Assembly (NCBI GenBank): GCA_965216875.1
Contig: OZ244207.1
Span: 2,400,001-2,464,000 of the forward strand
Direction: 5' to 3'
Length of the DNA: 64,000 nucleotides
DNA from: Rubripirellula sp.
GTDB lineage: Bacteria; Planctomycetota; Planctomycetia; Pirellulales; Pirellulaceae
Of this stretch, positions 37,874-47,500 are shown one piece after another. Numbering within the stretch: the first letter of the stretch is position 1; each line of letters opens with the position of its first letter. Under the pieces are notes generated by a model, which made no database searches, was not told where the DNA came from, and saw nothing but the letters and a program-made list of their open reading frames with translations. Position numbers and translations under genes: made by a program.

Positions 37874-39427
37874 ATGGATCTGCTGATCACTCTCTTGCGG
37901 GCAGCCCACTGCCGCAGCACGCACCATTTTTTTGCCGTCGACGCGCTGCATCATCTCAATACCGCCAAGGGGTACGCGCTGGGCACCGTATTGCTTGACG
38001 AGCATGCCCAGTACCTGACCGGCGCCAAAGATCCAGACAAAAAGTTCCGCGACTTCCGCAATCACGTCGTCCATGTCGCCGACGGCCACTGGGGCGGCGC
38101 AACCAAAGCGGCGCGCCGCTGGTACGGAACGTTGATCGAAGCACTCGACGAAAACCGATGGTCTGATGCCGCCTACGCCGCTGGCGTGCTAAGCCATTAC
38201 TACACCGACCCGTTGATGCCGCTCCACACGGCTCAATCAAAAAGAGAATCCGTTGTCCATCGGCCGCTCGAATGGAGCGTCACGAAGTCGTACGAGCGAA
38301 TCTTGCAATGCTGGAGGACGGACGGGCATCGAATCGTCTTCGAACTTTCCAACCAAGACGATTGGCTCGAACAAGCGATCCACGCCGGCGCCGAGCTGGC
38401 ACATCAATACTACGACGAACTGATCGACGACTACGACCTAAAAGTGGGCTGCAAACGTCCGACCGAAGGATTCAACGCGCGAGCCATCGACACCCTAGCA
38501 GGTTTGTTTGGAGTCGCGATCACGGGTTGGGCAAAAATCCTTGAACGAGCCGCGTTCGAAACCAAAGCCAACATTCCCGAACAACCGCTTTCGGCAGCTG
38601 CGTTCGTTGCGGGCCTCAAAATGCCCGCCGCATGGGTAACAAAGAGAATCGAATCGGCGTCTGAGCGTCGCGCCGTCCAAGCGCTCTTTGACGAGTACAG
38701 CCGAACAGGCAAAGTCAAAAAGAACCTTCCCGAAGAAGTGAAGTCGGTCCGCAGAGCGCGGCGAAAAGACCGCGACGCCGAGCGTCAACGCGACAATCCG
38801 CACCAGGCAAGCCGGGACATCGCCACCACCGTCATGCCCGAGCCTCCGCGAGCGCCCACAAACCAAACCGAGCCTGCCGCAGAAACAGTCCCGATCCACA
38901 AACCAATTGAAAAGCGGGCACAAGGTTCAGAACTCGAAACCGCCCCGATCCAACAAACCGTATCGGCTCCCCAGCCTGAACGCTCACCAAGCGCATCGCT
39001 CGCACCCACCGATGATCTTGTTGACGCCCCTTCGATCGGTCCCAAAACAGCAAAACGCTTTGCCAAGATCGGGATCACCACCGTGGCTCAGTTCCTTGAC
39101 GCCTCTCCCGAAGAAATGGCCGAGCAGCTTGATACACGTTGGATCAACGAAGAATTGCTTGTCGACTGGCAGGACCAAGCACGTTTGGTCTGCGATGTCC
39201 CAAGTTTGTGCGGCTACAAAGCGCAATTGTTGGTCGGCGTCGAGTGTCGCGATGCAGCGTCCCTCGCCTCCGAGCGTGCCAAGCCGCTCCACAAAAAGAT
39301 CAAGGCCTTCGCGCAAACCTCGGACGGAAAACGCGCGCTGCGAAGCAGCCGCGTCCCATCAAAAGAAGACATCGCCCAGTGGATCGATGACGCGGTGTCG
39401 CAAATCGATCTCCGGAAGTCGGCGTAG
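37874..39427 (+). CDS. Zn-dependent phospholipase C/P1-nuclease-like domain plus DUF4332 (HhH)
   Basis: HCRSTHH, GAKDPD, GVLSHYYTDPLMPLH, HRPLE; C-terminal APSIGPKTAKRFAKIGITTV...WQDQARL...WIDDA. Confidence 0.8.
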   Translation: MDLLITLLRAAHCRSTHHFFAVDALHHLNTAKGYALGTVLLDEHAQYLTGAKDPDKKFRDFRNHVVHVADGHWGGATKAARRWYGTLIEALDENRWSDAAYAAGVLSHYYTDPLMPLHTAQSKRESVVHRPLEWSVTKSYERILQCWRTDGHRIVFELSNQDDWLEQAIHAGAELAHQYYDELIDDYDLKVGCKRPTEGFNARAIDTLAGLFGVAITGWAKILERAAFETKANIPEQPLSAAAFVAGLKMPAAWVTKRIESASERRAVQALFDEYSRTGKVKKNLPEEVKSVRRARRKDRDAERQRDNPHQASRDIATTVMPEPPRAPTNQTEPAAETVPIHKPIEKRAQGSELETAPIQQTVSAPQPERSPSASLAPTDDLVDAPSIGPKTAKRFAKIGITTVAQFLDASPEEMAEQLDTRWINEELLVDWQDQARLVCDVPSLCGYKAQLLVGVECRDAASLASERAKPLHKKIKAFAQTSDGKRALRSSRVPSKEDIAQWIDDAVSQIDLRKSA

Positions 39428-39440
39428 CCACCGGCCGGCA

Positions 39441-39642
39441 GTTCGTAGTACCGAGCCATAGCCGAAATCTTCTCTCAGACCGCCTAGTTCGTAGTACCGA
39501 GCTTTAGCCGGAATCTTCACACTGACGGCCTAACGGCTGGACTACAAACGACAAGAACGACCTTCTGGCGAAGGTAGCTACTTCCAGGGAAGAGGACGCG
39601 GAGCGTCCGAGAGTGCGTTACCACGCGGAGCGTGGTAACGAG
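39441..39642. repeat. Mosaic REP cluster (families C, D, E)
   Basis: Family C at 39441-39471 and 39487-39517 plus a degenerate inverted copy ending actacaaac; family D ccttctggcgaaggtagctac at 39561-39581; family E hairpins at 39594-39640. Confidence 0.8.
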
Positions 39643-39668
39643 GTTGGCGTAGTGTTAATCAGCATGAC

Positions 39669-41012
39669 CTACAAGAGCGCCGCTGCTGCGTCGCACAATC
39701 CTTTTGCTTCGGTTTCGGACTCCGCTTCAGCAATCAGGCGAACGATCGGTTCGGTATTGCTGCCGCGAACGAGCAACCACTTATCATCCCACGCCAGTCG
39801 CAATCCATCTCCGGTCGACGCCTCCGCATCAGAATGTTGAGCGATGAGTGCATCGAACAGTGCCGGCAAACGCTCGGCCGAAACGGTTGCCTTTGATTTG
39901 TGAATGTGAAGCTTGGGAAGTGCATCGGCGAGTTCCGCGAGCGACTTTCCGGTGCTCGTCATCAAGTCGAGGACCTGGGCCATGCCGACGAAACTATCGC
40001 GGACATAACCGACTCTCGGGTCGATAGGGCCGCCATTGCCTTCGCCGCCATAAGTCGCTTCGTTTGCGATCATCATGTCAGCAACATTCGCCTCTCCAAC
40101 CGCTGACCGATGCGACGGCACACCGGCGTCCGCGGCAAGCCGTTCACTCATCCCGCTCGTTGCACCATTGATCACGATCGGCCCACGCGTTTCGTCGACG
40201 CCCATCGCTCGCTGAACGCAAAGGGCGAGCGTGTATTCTTCGCCGATGTATCTTCCGTCGCCATCAACCAACGCCAGGCGATCAGCATCGGGATCTTGGC
40301 AGAAGCCGACGGCACATTGGTTCTGCCGCACCAACTCGGAGATCCCGGTCAGGTTCTCGGCAGTCGGTTCAGGTACATGCTCAAATTGACCATCCGCAGT
40401 CGCTCCGACTGCGACGACCTCGCAACCGAGCGCTTCGAGCAAACGTTTTCCGAGCAAACCGCCAGCACCATGGTTGCTGTCGATCAGAACGCGATGCTTT
40501 TGGGCTTTGATGGCGTCAACATCCACCGTCGCCAGAACCTTTTCCAGGTGTGCGGCGTGCGGATCCGAATCGACCGAAACGTCACCGATTTGGTCAAAGG
40601 GAACCCAAGCAGCACCACCACTTTCGTAAAGATCGCGAATCGCGGCACCGGTTTCGCCATCAAGCACTCTTCCGCTGGCACCAAAAAGCTTGATCCCGTT
40701 GTACGGCGGCGGGTTATGACTCGCAGAAATCTGCACGGCTCCCGCTGCGCCACGCTCGCGCACAAGCACGCCGATCGTCGGCGTTGCCGCGACGTCAGCG
40801 TCGACACAATCTCGTCCGCATGCGGTAAGTGATGCGATGATCGCACGGCTCAGCATTGGTCCCGTACTGCGTCCGTCTCGTCCAATGATGATTGGACCTG
40901 CGGGCAACTTGGCCGCATAGGCAGCGACGTAGCGGGCCGCAACATCGGGCGTCAGCGTCTCGCCAACGATGCCGCGTAGACCGCTGACACTGATAATCAA
41001 CTTGCTCATCAT
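39669..41012 (-). CDS. glmM: Phosphoglucosamine mutase-like alpha-D-phosphohexomutase
   Basis: ISVSGLRG, ISASHNP, DPDADR, GGEGNGG, VRGSNTEP; substrate is inferred. Confidence 0.8.
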   Translation of the reverse strand: MMSKLIISVSGLRGIVGETLTPDVAARYVAAYAAKLPAGPIIIGRDGRSTGPMLSRAIIASLTACGRDCVDADVAATPTIGVLVRERGAAGAVQISASHNPPPYNGIKLFGASGRVLDGETGAAIRDLYESGGAAWVPFDQIGDVSVDSDPHAAHLEKVLATVDVDAIKAQKHRVLIDSNHGAGGLLGKRLLEALGCEVVAVGATADGQFEHVPEPTAENLTGISELVRQNQCAVGFCQDPDADRLALVDGDGRYIGEEYTLALCVQRAMGVDETRGPIVINGATSGMSERLAADAGVPSHRSAVGEANVADMMIANEATYGGEGNGGPIDPRVGYVRDSFVGMAQVLDLMTSTGKSLAELADALPKLHIHKSKATVSAERLPALFDALIAQHSDAEASTGDGLRLAWDDKWLLVRGSNTEPIVRLIAEAESETEAKGLCDAAAALL

Positions 41013-41246
41013 TCAACCTAGGGGTGCAATCTGCGGGGATACTTCGGTCGCATTCTGAGGCGACTTTGCCGCAGGGGGTGACTTTAAGGGATGGCAGCGG
41101 CAACAGATTGTCGCTTTAGGGTCGTCAATTCCGACCAGCTGCCGACACCTTGTTGCAGCGTATTGGGCCAAACAAATAGAATCCGGCAAGCCTTTGACAA
41201 CAAGGTCACGTCAATATTGTAACTGCCGCCAACCGCGACCCTCCAA

Positions 41247-43103
41247 ATGACCGCTCCCCTTTCCACCGAAGATTGTCTTCAAGCTGTTCAAAACGCACAC
41301 GCCGAGGGTTCGCTCAGTGAGACTGCCGTCACGAATTTGAAGGCCTGGCTTACCGAACCTCGATACGCCCAATATCGCGACGAAGTGGCCGAGCATATCC
41401 AACAAGGCCAGTGGCAAAAACTGGATGATGTCTTTTGGACCATCATCCCCTTCGGCACCGGTGGTCGCCGCGGACGGATGTACCCGATCGGATCCAACGC
41501 CATCAACGACCGCACGATCGGCGAAAGTGCTCAGGGACTCGCCGACTATGTCGTCGAATTCCACGGTGGTCAAAAAGAACTCTCCTGTGCGATCGCCTAC
41601 GACACTCGGCACAAGTCGCGTCACTTTACCGAGCTGTGCGCCGGCATCATGGCCGCCGCTGGAATCAAGGTCTTCCTGCTCGATGATTACCGAGCAACCC
41701 CGCAGCTTTCCTATGCCGTGCGAAAACTAGGATGCGACTGTGGGATCATGGTGACGGCCAGTCACAACCCACCGAGCGATAACGCCGTCAAGGTCTATTG
41801 GTCGAGCGGCGCGCAGGTCCTGCCGCCCCATGACAAAGCGATCATCGACCGCGTCATGACCTGCCAAGAAATCCGCTCCCTCCCCTTTGACCAAGCCGTA
41901 GCCGAAGGCAAAGTCGAAGTGGTTACCGAGCAAATCGACGCCGCCTACCTCGACGAATCGGCGGCCTGTGGTTTCGAAGGCCCGCGTGACGTGAAAGTGC
42001 TTTACACGCCGCTTCATGGTGTGGGCGCCGAAGCGGTCCTGCCGCTGCTTGCCCGCGACGGTTTTCAGGACGTTCATCTCTACGGTCCAAACGCCGAAAA
42101 GAGTGGCGACTTTCCAAACGTTCCAGGTCACGTGTCGAACCCTGAAAACAGCGCCGTCTTTGACAAGCCGATCGAAAACGCCAAAGAGATCGGTGCCGAT
42201 CTAGTCCTTGCGACCGACCCCGATTGCGACCGAATCGGTTGTGCAGCACCGAACACGCTCGAACCGGACTCCGAGTGGGGAACGCTGACCGGAAATCAAA
42301 TCGGCGCCGTCCTGGCCGACTACGTTTTGACTCGCCATGCCGCTGCCGGCTCACTCTCGCCCGAACAGTTCATCGTCAAGACCCTCGTCACCACCGAATT
42401 GACCCGGCGCATTGCCGAAGATCACGGCGTCCGCTGCGTCGGCGACTTGTTGGTTGGCTTCAAATACATCGCGGAAGTGATCGATCGCGAAGGCCCCGAT
42501 AAGTTCCTTTACGGTACCGAAGAATCACACGGCTACCTTGTCGGACAATACTGCCGCGACAAGGACGGTGCGGTCGCTTGCATGTTGATGAGCGAGTTGG
42601 TTGCCGAATTGAAATCACAAGGACGATCGTTGCATGAGTATCTGGCGGACCTGCAGAAGAAGCATGGCTACCACAAAGAAGCACTGATCAACCTGTTCAT
42701 GGAAGGCAGCGAAGGCATGGCCGCAATGCAACGGCTGATGACCGCGCTGCGCACGACGCCCCCAGAATCGCTCGCCGGAATCAAGGTCGCCAAAATCAGC
42801 GACTACGAAGCACAGACGCTCAAGGATGTCGCGACTGCCGAAACCAGCGGACTTGGATCTCGCGCACCCGATGGTCCTACCGACAACATTCCCGTCGGCA
42901 ACCTGATCATCTTGGACCTCGACGCCGAAGGCAATTATGTCGCCGCCCGGCCCAGTGGAACGGAGCCCAAGATCAAACTCTACGTCTTCACTCGAGCAAG
43001 CAAGGACGAGTCGCAAGACCCTGCCGCTGCCGAAGCCCTGCTCACCGAGCGAATCGAGCAGCTCGAAAAAGACGTTCGCGAATTTGCCAAAGCCAACTCC
43101 TAG
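41247..43103 (+). CDS. Phosphoglucomutase/phosphomannomutase family protein
   Basis: FGTGGRRG, TASHNP, TDPDCDR, GFKYI, EESHGY, RPSGTEPKIK. Confidence 0.92.
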   Translation: MTAPLSTEDCLQAVQNAHAEGSLSETAVTNLKAWLTEPRYAQYRDEVAEHIQQGQWQKLDDVFWTIIPFGTGGRRGRMYPIGSNAINDRTIGESAQGLADYVVEFHGGQKELSCAIAYDTRHKSRHFTELCAGIMAAAGIKVFLLDDYRATPQLSYAVRKLGCDCGIMVTASHNPPSDNAVKVYWSSGAQVLPPHDKAIIDRVMTCQEIRSLPFDQAVAEGKVEVVTEQIDAAYLDESAACGFEGPRDVKVLYTPLHGVGAEAVLPLLARDGFQDVHLYGPNAEKSGDFPNVPGHVSNPENSAVFDKPIENAKEIGADLVLATDPDCDRIGCAAPNTLEPDSEWGTLTGNQIGAVLADYVLTRHAAAGSLSPEQFIVKTLVTTELTRRIAEDHGVRCVGDLLVGFKYIAEVIDREGPDKFLYGTEESHGYLVGQYCRDKDGAVACMLMSELVAELKSQGRSLHEYLADLQKKHGYHKEALINLFMEGSEGMAAMQRLMTALRTTPPESLAGIKVAKISDYEAQTLKDVATAETSGLGSRAPDGPTDNIPVGNLIILDLDAEGNYVAARPSGTEPKIKLYVFTRASKDESQDPAAAEALLTERIEQLEKDVREFAKANS

Positions 43104-43116
43104 CAGCCACCAAAAC

Positions 43117-43330
43117 GTCGGCCGGATCAAGCAGCGACAGCGACACCGATCCGGCATGACGACAAGTTTGTAGTTCCTAGCTCTAGCCGGAATCTTCCGC
43201 CGGCTTTCGCCTAAGGGCGCGACGACAAACGGGCTGAAAGACAACGATCATCTATTGACCGTCCGTTTGTAGTACCGAGCTTTAGCCGGAATCTTCAACC
43301 ACTTCCGCCTGAAGGCGGGACGACAAACGG
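43117..43330. repeat. REP cluster: family A copy plus two family C doublets
   Basis: Family A at 43117-43156; gtttgtag...agccggaatctt at 43166 and 43265, each followed by an inverted partner ending gacgacaaac. Confidence 0.8.
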
Positions 43331-43351
43331 AGCGTAAGACGTCGAATCGTT

Positions 43352-44185
43352 CTAGCGTTGACGCTGCTCAACCGCCCGGCCAAGCTCGCGAATCTGCTTT
43401 CGCATCGCCTCCATCTCCTTCATCATGTTTCGCATCATTGCGTGAACATCCTCGTCGCGATGTCTTGGCTCACGGTCACGGCGCTGCAACTGATGTTCGA
43501 GATCTTCCGTCCGTTCAGCAACCGCTCGAGCGAGCTCGGGTGCTCCGGCAGCCCGCAGGTGCTCCATTGCCGCGTGCAGATGCTCGATCTGTTGGTGAAT
43601 CCGAGCCTCACGATGCTCGGGGCCATGATGTTCGTGATCATGATCTCCGTGCGCATGATGTTCGTGATCGTGTCCTTCATGTCCGCCATGTTCATGATGA
43701 GCGTGATCGTCGTGACGGTGCTCGGCATGCCTTTTTTCGCGTTCGCGATACATCGCGGCAAGCTTCTCTCGAGTAACGGCGATCTTCTGTTGCACCGCCT
43801 CCAGGTCACGCCGCATCTTCGCTTCGACCTCGCGACTGAGTTCACCGCTTGCCAAGTCGCGTTGCAGCTTTTCCTTGGCCTCCATCAGCTTGGGCATGTA
43901 GGCAGCCGCTTCGCGTTGAAAACTTTCGGCTTCCGCATACGCCTGCTTGGCCCGTTTCTCAGCTTCGGCGCGAAGTTTCTTGGCCTGCTTTTGACCTTCC
44001 ACTAGAAGCCGCTCTTTCATTTCAGCAGCCTTCTTTTCGGCTGCCTCGGCGGCGGCGATCGCCTTCTCTTTGACCGCTGACTCGTAAGCCTCAAGTTCTT
44101 CGTACCGCTTGGTTTTGGCATCCTGAGCGACCGCGGAAAGCGACGCGAATGCAACGACCAACAATGCAACCGAATGACGCAACAT
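43352..44185 (-). CDS. Secreted coiled-coil protein with a His-rich linker
   Basis: Signal peptide MLRHSVALLVVAFASLSAVA-Q; E/K/A-rich helix; HAEHRHDDHAHHEH... The upstream ORF extension runs through repeats and is rejected. Confidence 0.8.
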   Translation of the reverse strand: MLRHSVALLVVAFASLSAVAQDAKTKRYEELEAYESAVKEKAIAAAEAAEKKAAEMKERLLVEGQKQAKKLRAEAEKRAKQAYAEAESFQREAAAYMPKLMEAKEKLQRDLASGELSREVEAKMRRDLEAVQQKIAVTREKLAAMYREREKRHAEHRHDDHAHHEHGGHEGHDHEHHAHGDHDHEHHGPEHREARIHQQIEHLHAAMEHLRAAGAPELARAVAERTEDLEHQLQRRDREPRHRDEDVHAMMRNMMKEMEAMRKQIRELGRAVEQRQR

Positions 44186-44264
44186 TTTGAATATTCCTAA
44201 TTGGCAAGAATCGTCCGGGCCCGGTTCGTAACGAATCATTGTACCGCAGCCCCCGCCCGACAGC

Positions 44265-44304
44265 GCCAAGTAGCCAAGTAGCCAAGTAGCCAAGTAGCCA
44301 AGTA
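44265..44304. repeat. Tandem octamer (gccaagta) x5
   Basis: Five perfect units running into the GTAG of the adjacent REP. Confidence 0.95.
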
Positions 44305-44546
44305 GGGTGTGTGCTTGCACGCACCATAAAAACCAAGATGAGCGGCACGCCGGATCTTCGCCAAAACGGGTGAGGGCCGCGGAGCGGCGAGGAGTGTGTT
44401 CCCACGGGGACCGTGGGAACAAGGTTATTTTCGATACCCGGCTCAGCACTCGATCGGAATCGTTCCACCGATGACGAGTACGAGTACCGCGGAGCTGAAC
44501 ACGAGAAGACCAAAGTGGGTTTTGTGCGTGCAAGCACACACCCTAC
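44302..44546. repeat. REPIN-like element with perfect 23-bp terminal inverted repeats and nested repeats
   Basis: GTAGGGTGTGTGCTTGCACGCAC (44302-44324) and its exact reverse complement (44524-44546). Confidence 0.85.
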
Positions 44547-44559
44547 AAAGACTTAACGT

Positions 44560-47500
44560 TCACTTGAGCCAATTCGGGTTTGCGAGCGCATACTGCTCAA
44601 GTTGCCGGATCTGGTTCTCGAGCATTCCGGCTCGCTGAAAGCAATGTGACGGGAACTTTCGTCCAGGATTGAACACGCGGCGCGGTTGACGCTGGCCACC
44701 GTGCTTGGTGTGAAGATAGGCGAGCTCCGAAACCAACAGCGATGCAATGTCGTAGACATCGCTTGGAGTCGCTTCGGCAATCGCTTCATCGGCAACTTCC
44801 AATTCCAACATCTTGATCCCGGACACGTCGGCAATCTTTCGCACGCGAGCAAAACAGGCAATCAAGCGTCGGTAGACATCTGCGGGAGTCTTCGCCCGCT
44901 CAAAGGCCGGTTCGGCTGGCAACGCGACGGCGCCGGGAACATCGGCAAGCAAATTGGAACAATAACTGACAGCAAGGGTGGTCTGTTGAAAAACGTCGGA
45001 AGGCGTGAATTGGCGTTCCACCAACAGATTCGCCTGCCGATTCGCGACGGTGATTGCGACAAAAACATCGTTTGGCTTTTTGGCCCGATCGACCGGCGGT
45101 AATGCAACCTTTGTCTCGATTCCCAGCGTCGACTTAATCGTCTCGAGCCGCGACTGAATCACCTTCACCAATTCAAGCACATTCGCAGGCTGGATTGACC
45201 CTTGAGGCCGCGTCGGTCTGGCTGCGCGCGTGCGAGTGATTTCGAACCCAAGTTCATCAACCTTCTCAAAAAGGGTCAACGCCTGAAAATAGACTTCGTG
45301 CGGCTCTGCATTCTTGACCGGAACATTGACGACTTCACTTCGGGGCTTGCCCATCTCGCGCCGAATCAAATCAAGATCGCCAAGTACGACTTGCGCGTTT
45401 GCAAAGACATCGCCTGGCACAACGTTGTTGTCGGCTCGCGATTCGTCGGCTTGGGCCGATAGAGAGCAACACAGCACCAATGCCGAAGCCAAAAGCGACT
45501 TCTTCACGCTCGCTCGCCGCATCAATGACAACACACCTGCGAGCGCGACGCCGATCGCGATGTTCGCTCCGACCGTCATTGCCAAAAGACTCACACGATT
45601 GATCTGCATCGAGTTTTCTTCCGTTGCTTTTTGGATTTCGTCCACCACATCACTTAGCAGTTTTTCGGTCTTCTGTGAGGTAGGTAAAGCCTGGGTCTGC
45701 AATCGCCAAAGCGCAACGTTTGCCTGCGGGGAAGCGCGGAGCCGCAAGGCTTGTTGGGCAAGTCGACGATAGACTTCAATCTCGCCCTTGATCCACTCGA
45801 GTCGTTTCAACTCGCGCTGCGGTAATTCTGGATCACGCGTCACCAGTTCATCGACGGTCAATTGCAACTGTTTCAATCGATCCGAAAAACCTTCGGCACT
45901 GGTTGAATGCGTGTCGTTCACGGCATCAATTAGCAAGCGATGCGTCTGCGAAAAATCAAGCTGCATGCGTGCGTAAGTCGCCCAAACGGTGTTCGTTTCG
46001 GCCGATGCAACCTTCACACTCTCGATATCGTCGTCGGAGTGAGTTGCCTGTTCGAGATCGATCAAACTGGCAAACGCCGAAACGATTGACGATTCCACGG
46101 GTTCGATATCTCGTTGCAACAAATCGAGCGCGGGCTGATTACCCGGTGTTTGCGCGACCTCTTCGATCCACCATTGTTCTTCGTAGAGTTGATCAAGCAT
46201 CGAATTGAGTTGTTCCAAGCGTTGGCCGCTTTCAGGATTGTTGGCGTCGGTGGCGATTTTGGTCAGGATCGCGACCTGAGGCCGAATCTCTTCTGCCCAT
46301 GCGTTGGAACGAGCCGCTTTGAATTGTTCGTCACCCAAGGCCACCCACCCTCGCAAAGCTCCCAAGGAACGACGAATCCCACTTTGAAGGGACAGCGACG
46401 CAGCCATCGCCGGCTCATTGACGTTGGCCAATTGCAAAGCACTCGAGCGGAGTTGGCTGGCAACAAACATTCCCATCACCAACAAAACAGCAACCGCAGC
46501 AAGCAGCGAGCGCAATGCAACTTGCTGACGCTTGAGTTTCTGTGCGTCGAGGAATTGCTCTGCCTTGGCGACACGTACCGCACTGAAAAGCTCGCCGTGG
46601 TGAGCGATGTCTTCGTCCAGCAACGATTCGGCCAAGTCATAGTCGCCGCGATGATAGGCGGCTTGGGCATAAGCAAGTTGCGCGTCGGCAAGCTGGGCGT
46701 CAATCCGCGTGTTGGCTGGATTTAGATTCTGGGCTTGTTCGAACCCAAAGATCGCTCGGACAAAGTCCTGGTAGTTGCCGGTAACGGTCGCCGCCTCGAG
46801 CATTTCGGACGCACTCGCTGCGATCGCCTCACTTTCGCGGTGCGAGATCCATTCCCGGATCGCCTCCTGGAATTCCTCGACGGTTTGGTACCGATCTTCG
46901 GGGCTCGTCGCCATTGCTTTGATCGCGACGTCGACCAATCCACCGGTCTGGTCAGTCGGCACGATCTCATTTCGTGCTGCGGCTAACAGACACTTCATCA
47001 CCGTCTTGCCGCGATGAGGTGGGAAGCCGGCAACGATCTGATAGAGCGTCGCCCCAAGCAAATAGATGTCGCTCAGCGGTCCGATTCGATCTTTCCCGTA
47101 CGCCATCTCGGGAGCCATATAGGCCGGCGTCCCGCCCATCTGTTGCTTGGTTGTCAGCGCCGTCTTCCCATACTCGGGTGTCGGCTGGGCGAGTCCCCAG
47201 TCCATCAACCAAACTTCGCCGAACCGACCAAGCATCACATTCTCTGGCTTGATGTCTCGATGCACGATGCCGCGGGAATGGGCAAAGGCAACCGCGTCGG
47301 CGACGCGCATCAAGAGTTCGACGTTCTCTTCATCGGGCTTTTTGCCAATCACGTCTCTCCACGTTTGACCAGCAACCTTCTTCATCGAATAGAAAAGCGT
47401 TCCCTCTTCGTTGTGCCCCAGTTCGTGCACGGGAACGATCCCCGGATGGTCCAAATCCGCTGTGACGACCGCTTCTTGCAGAAACAACCTGCGTCTGGAA

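Noticed and set aside
44186..44539. 118-aa N-terminal extension with WLLGYLAT repeats
   Set aside because: It is a translation of the octamer and REP repeats; a good signal peptide starts at 44185.
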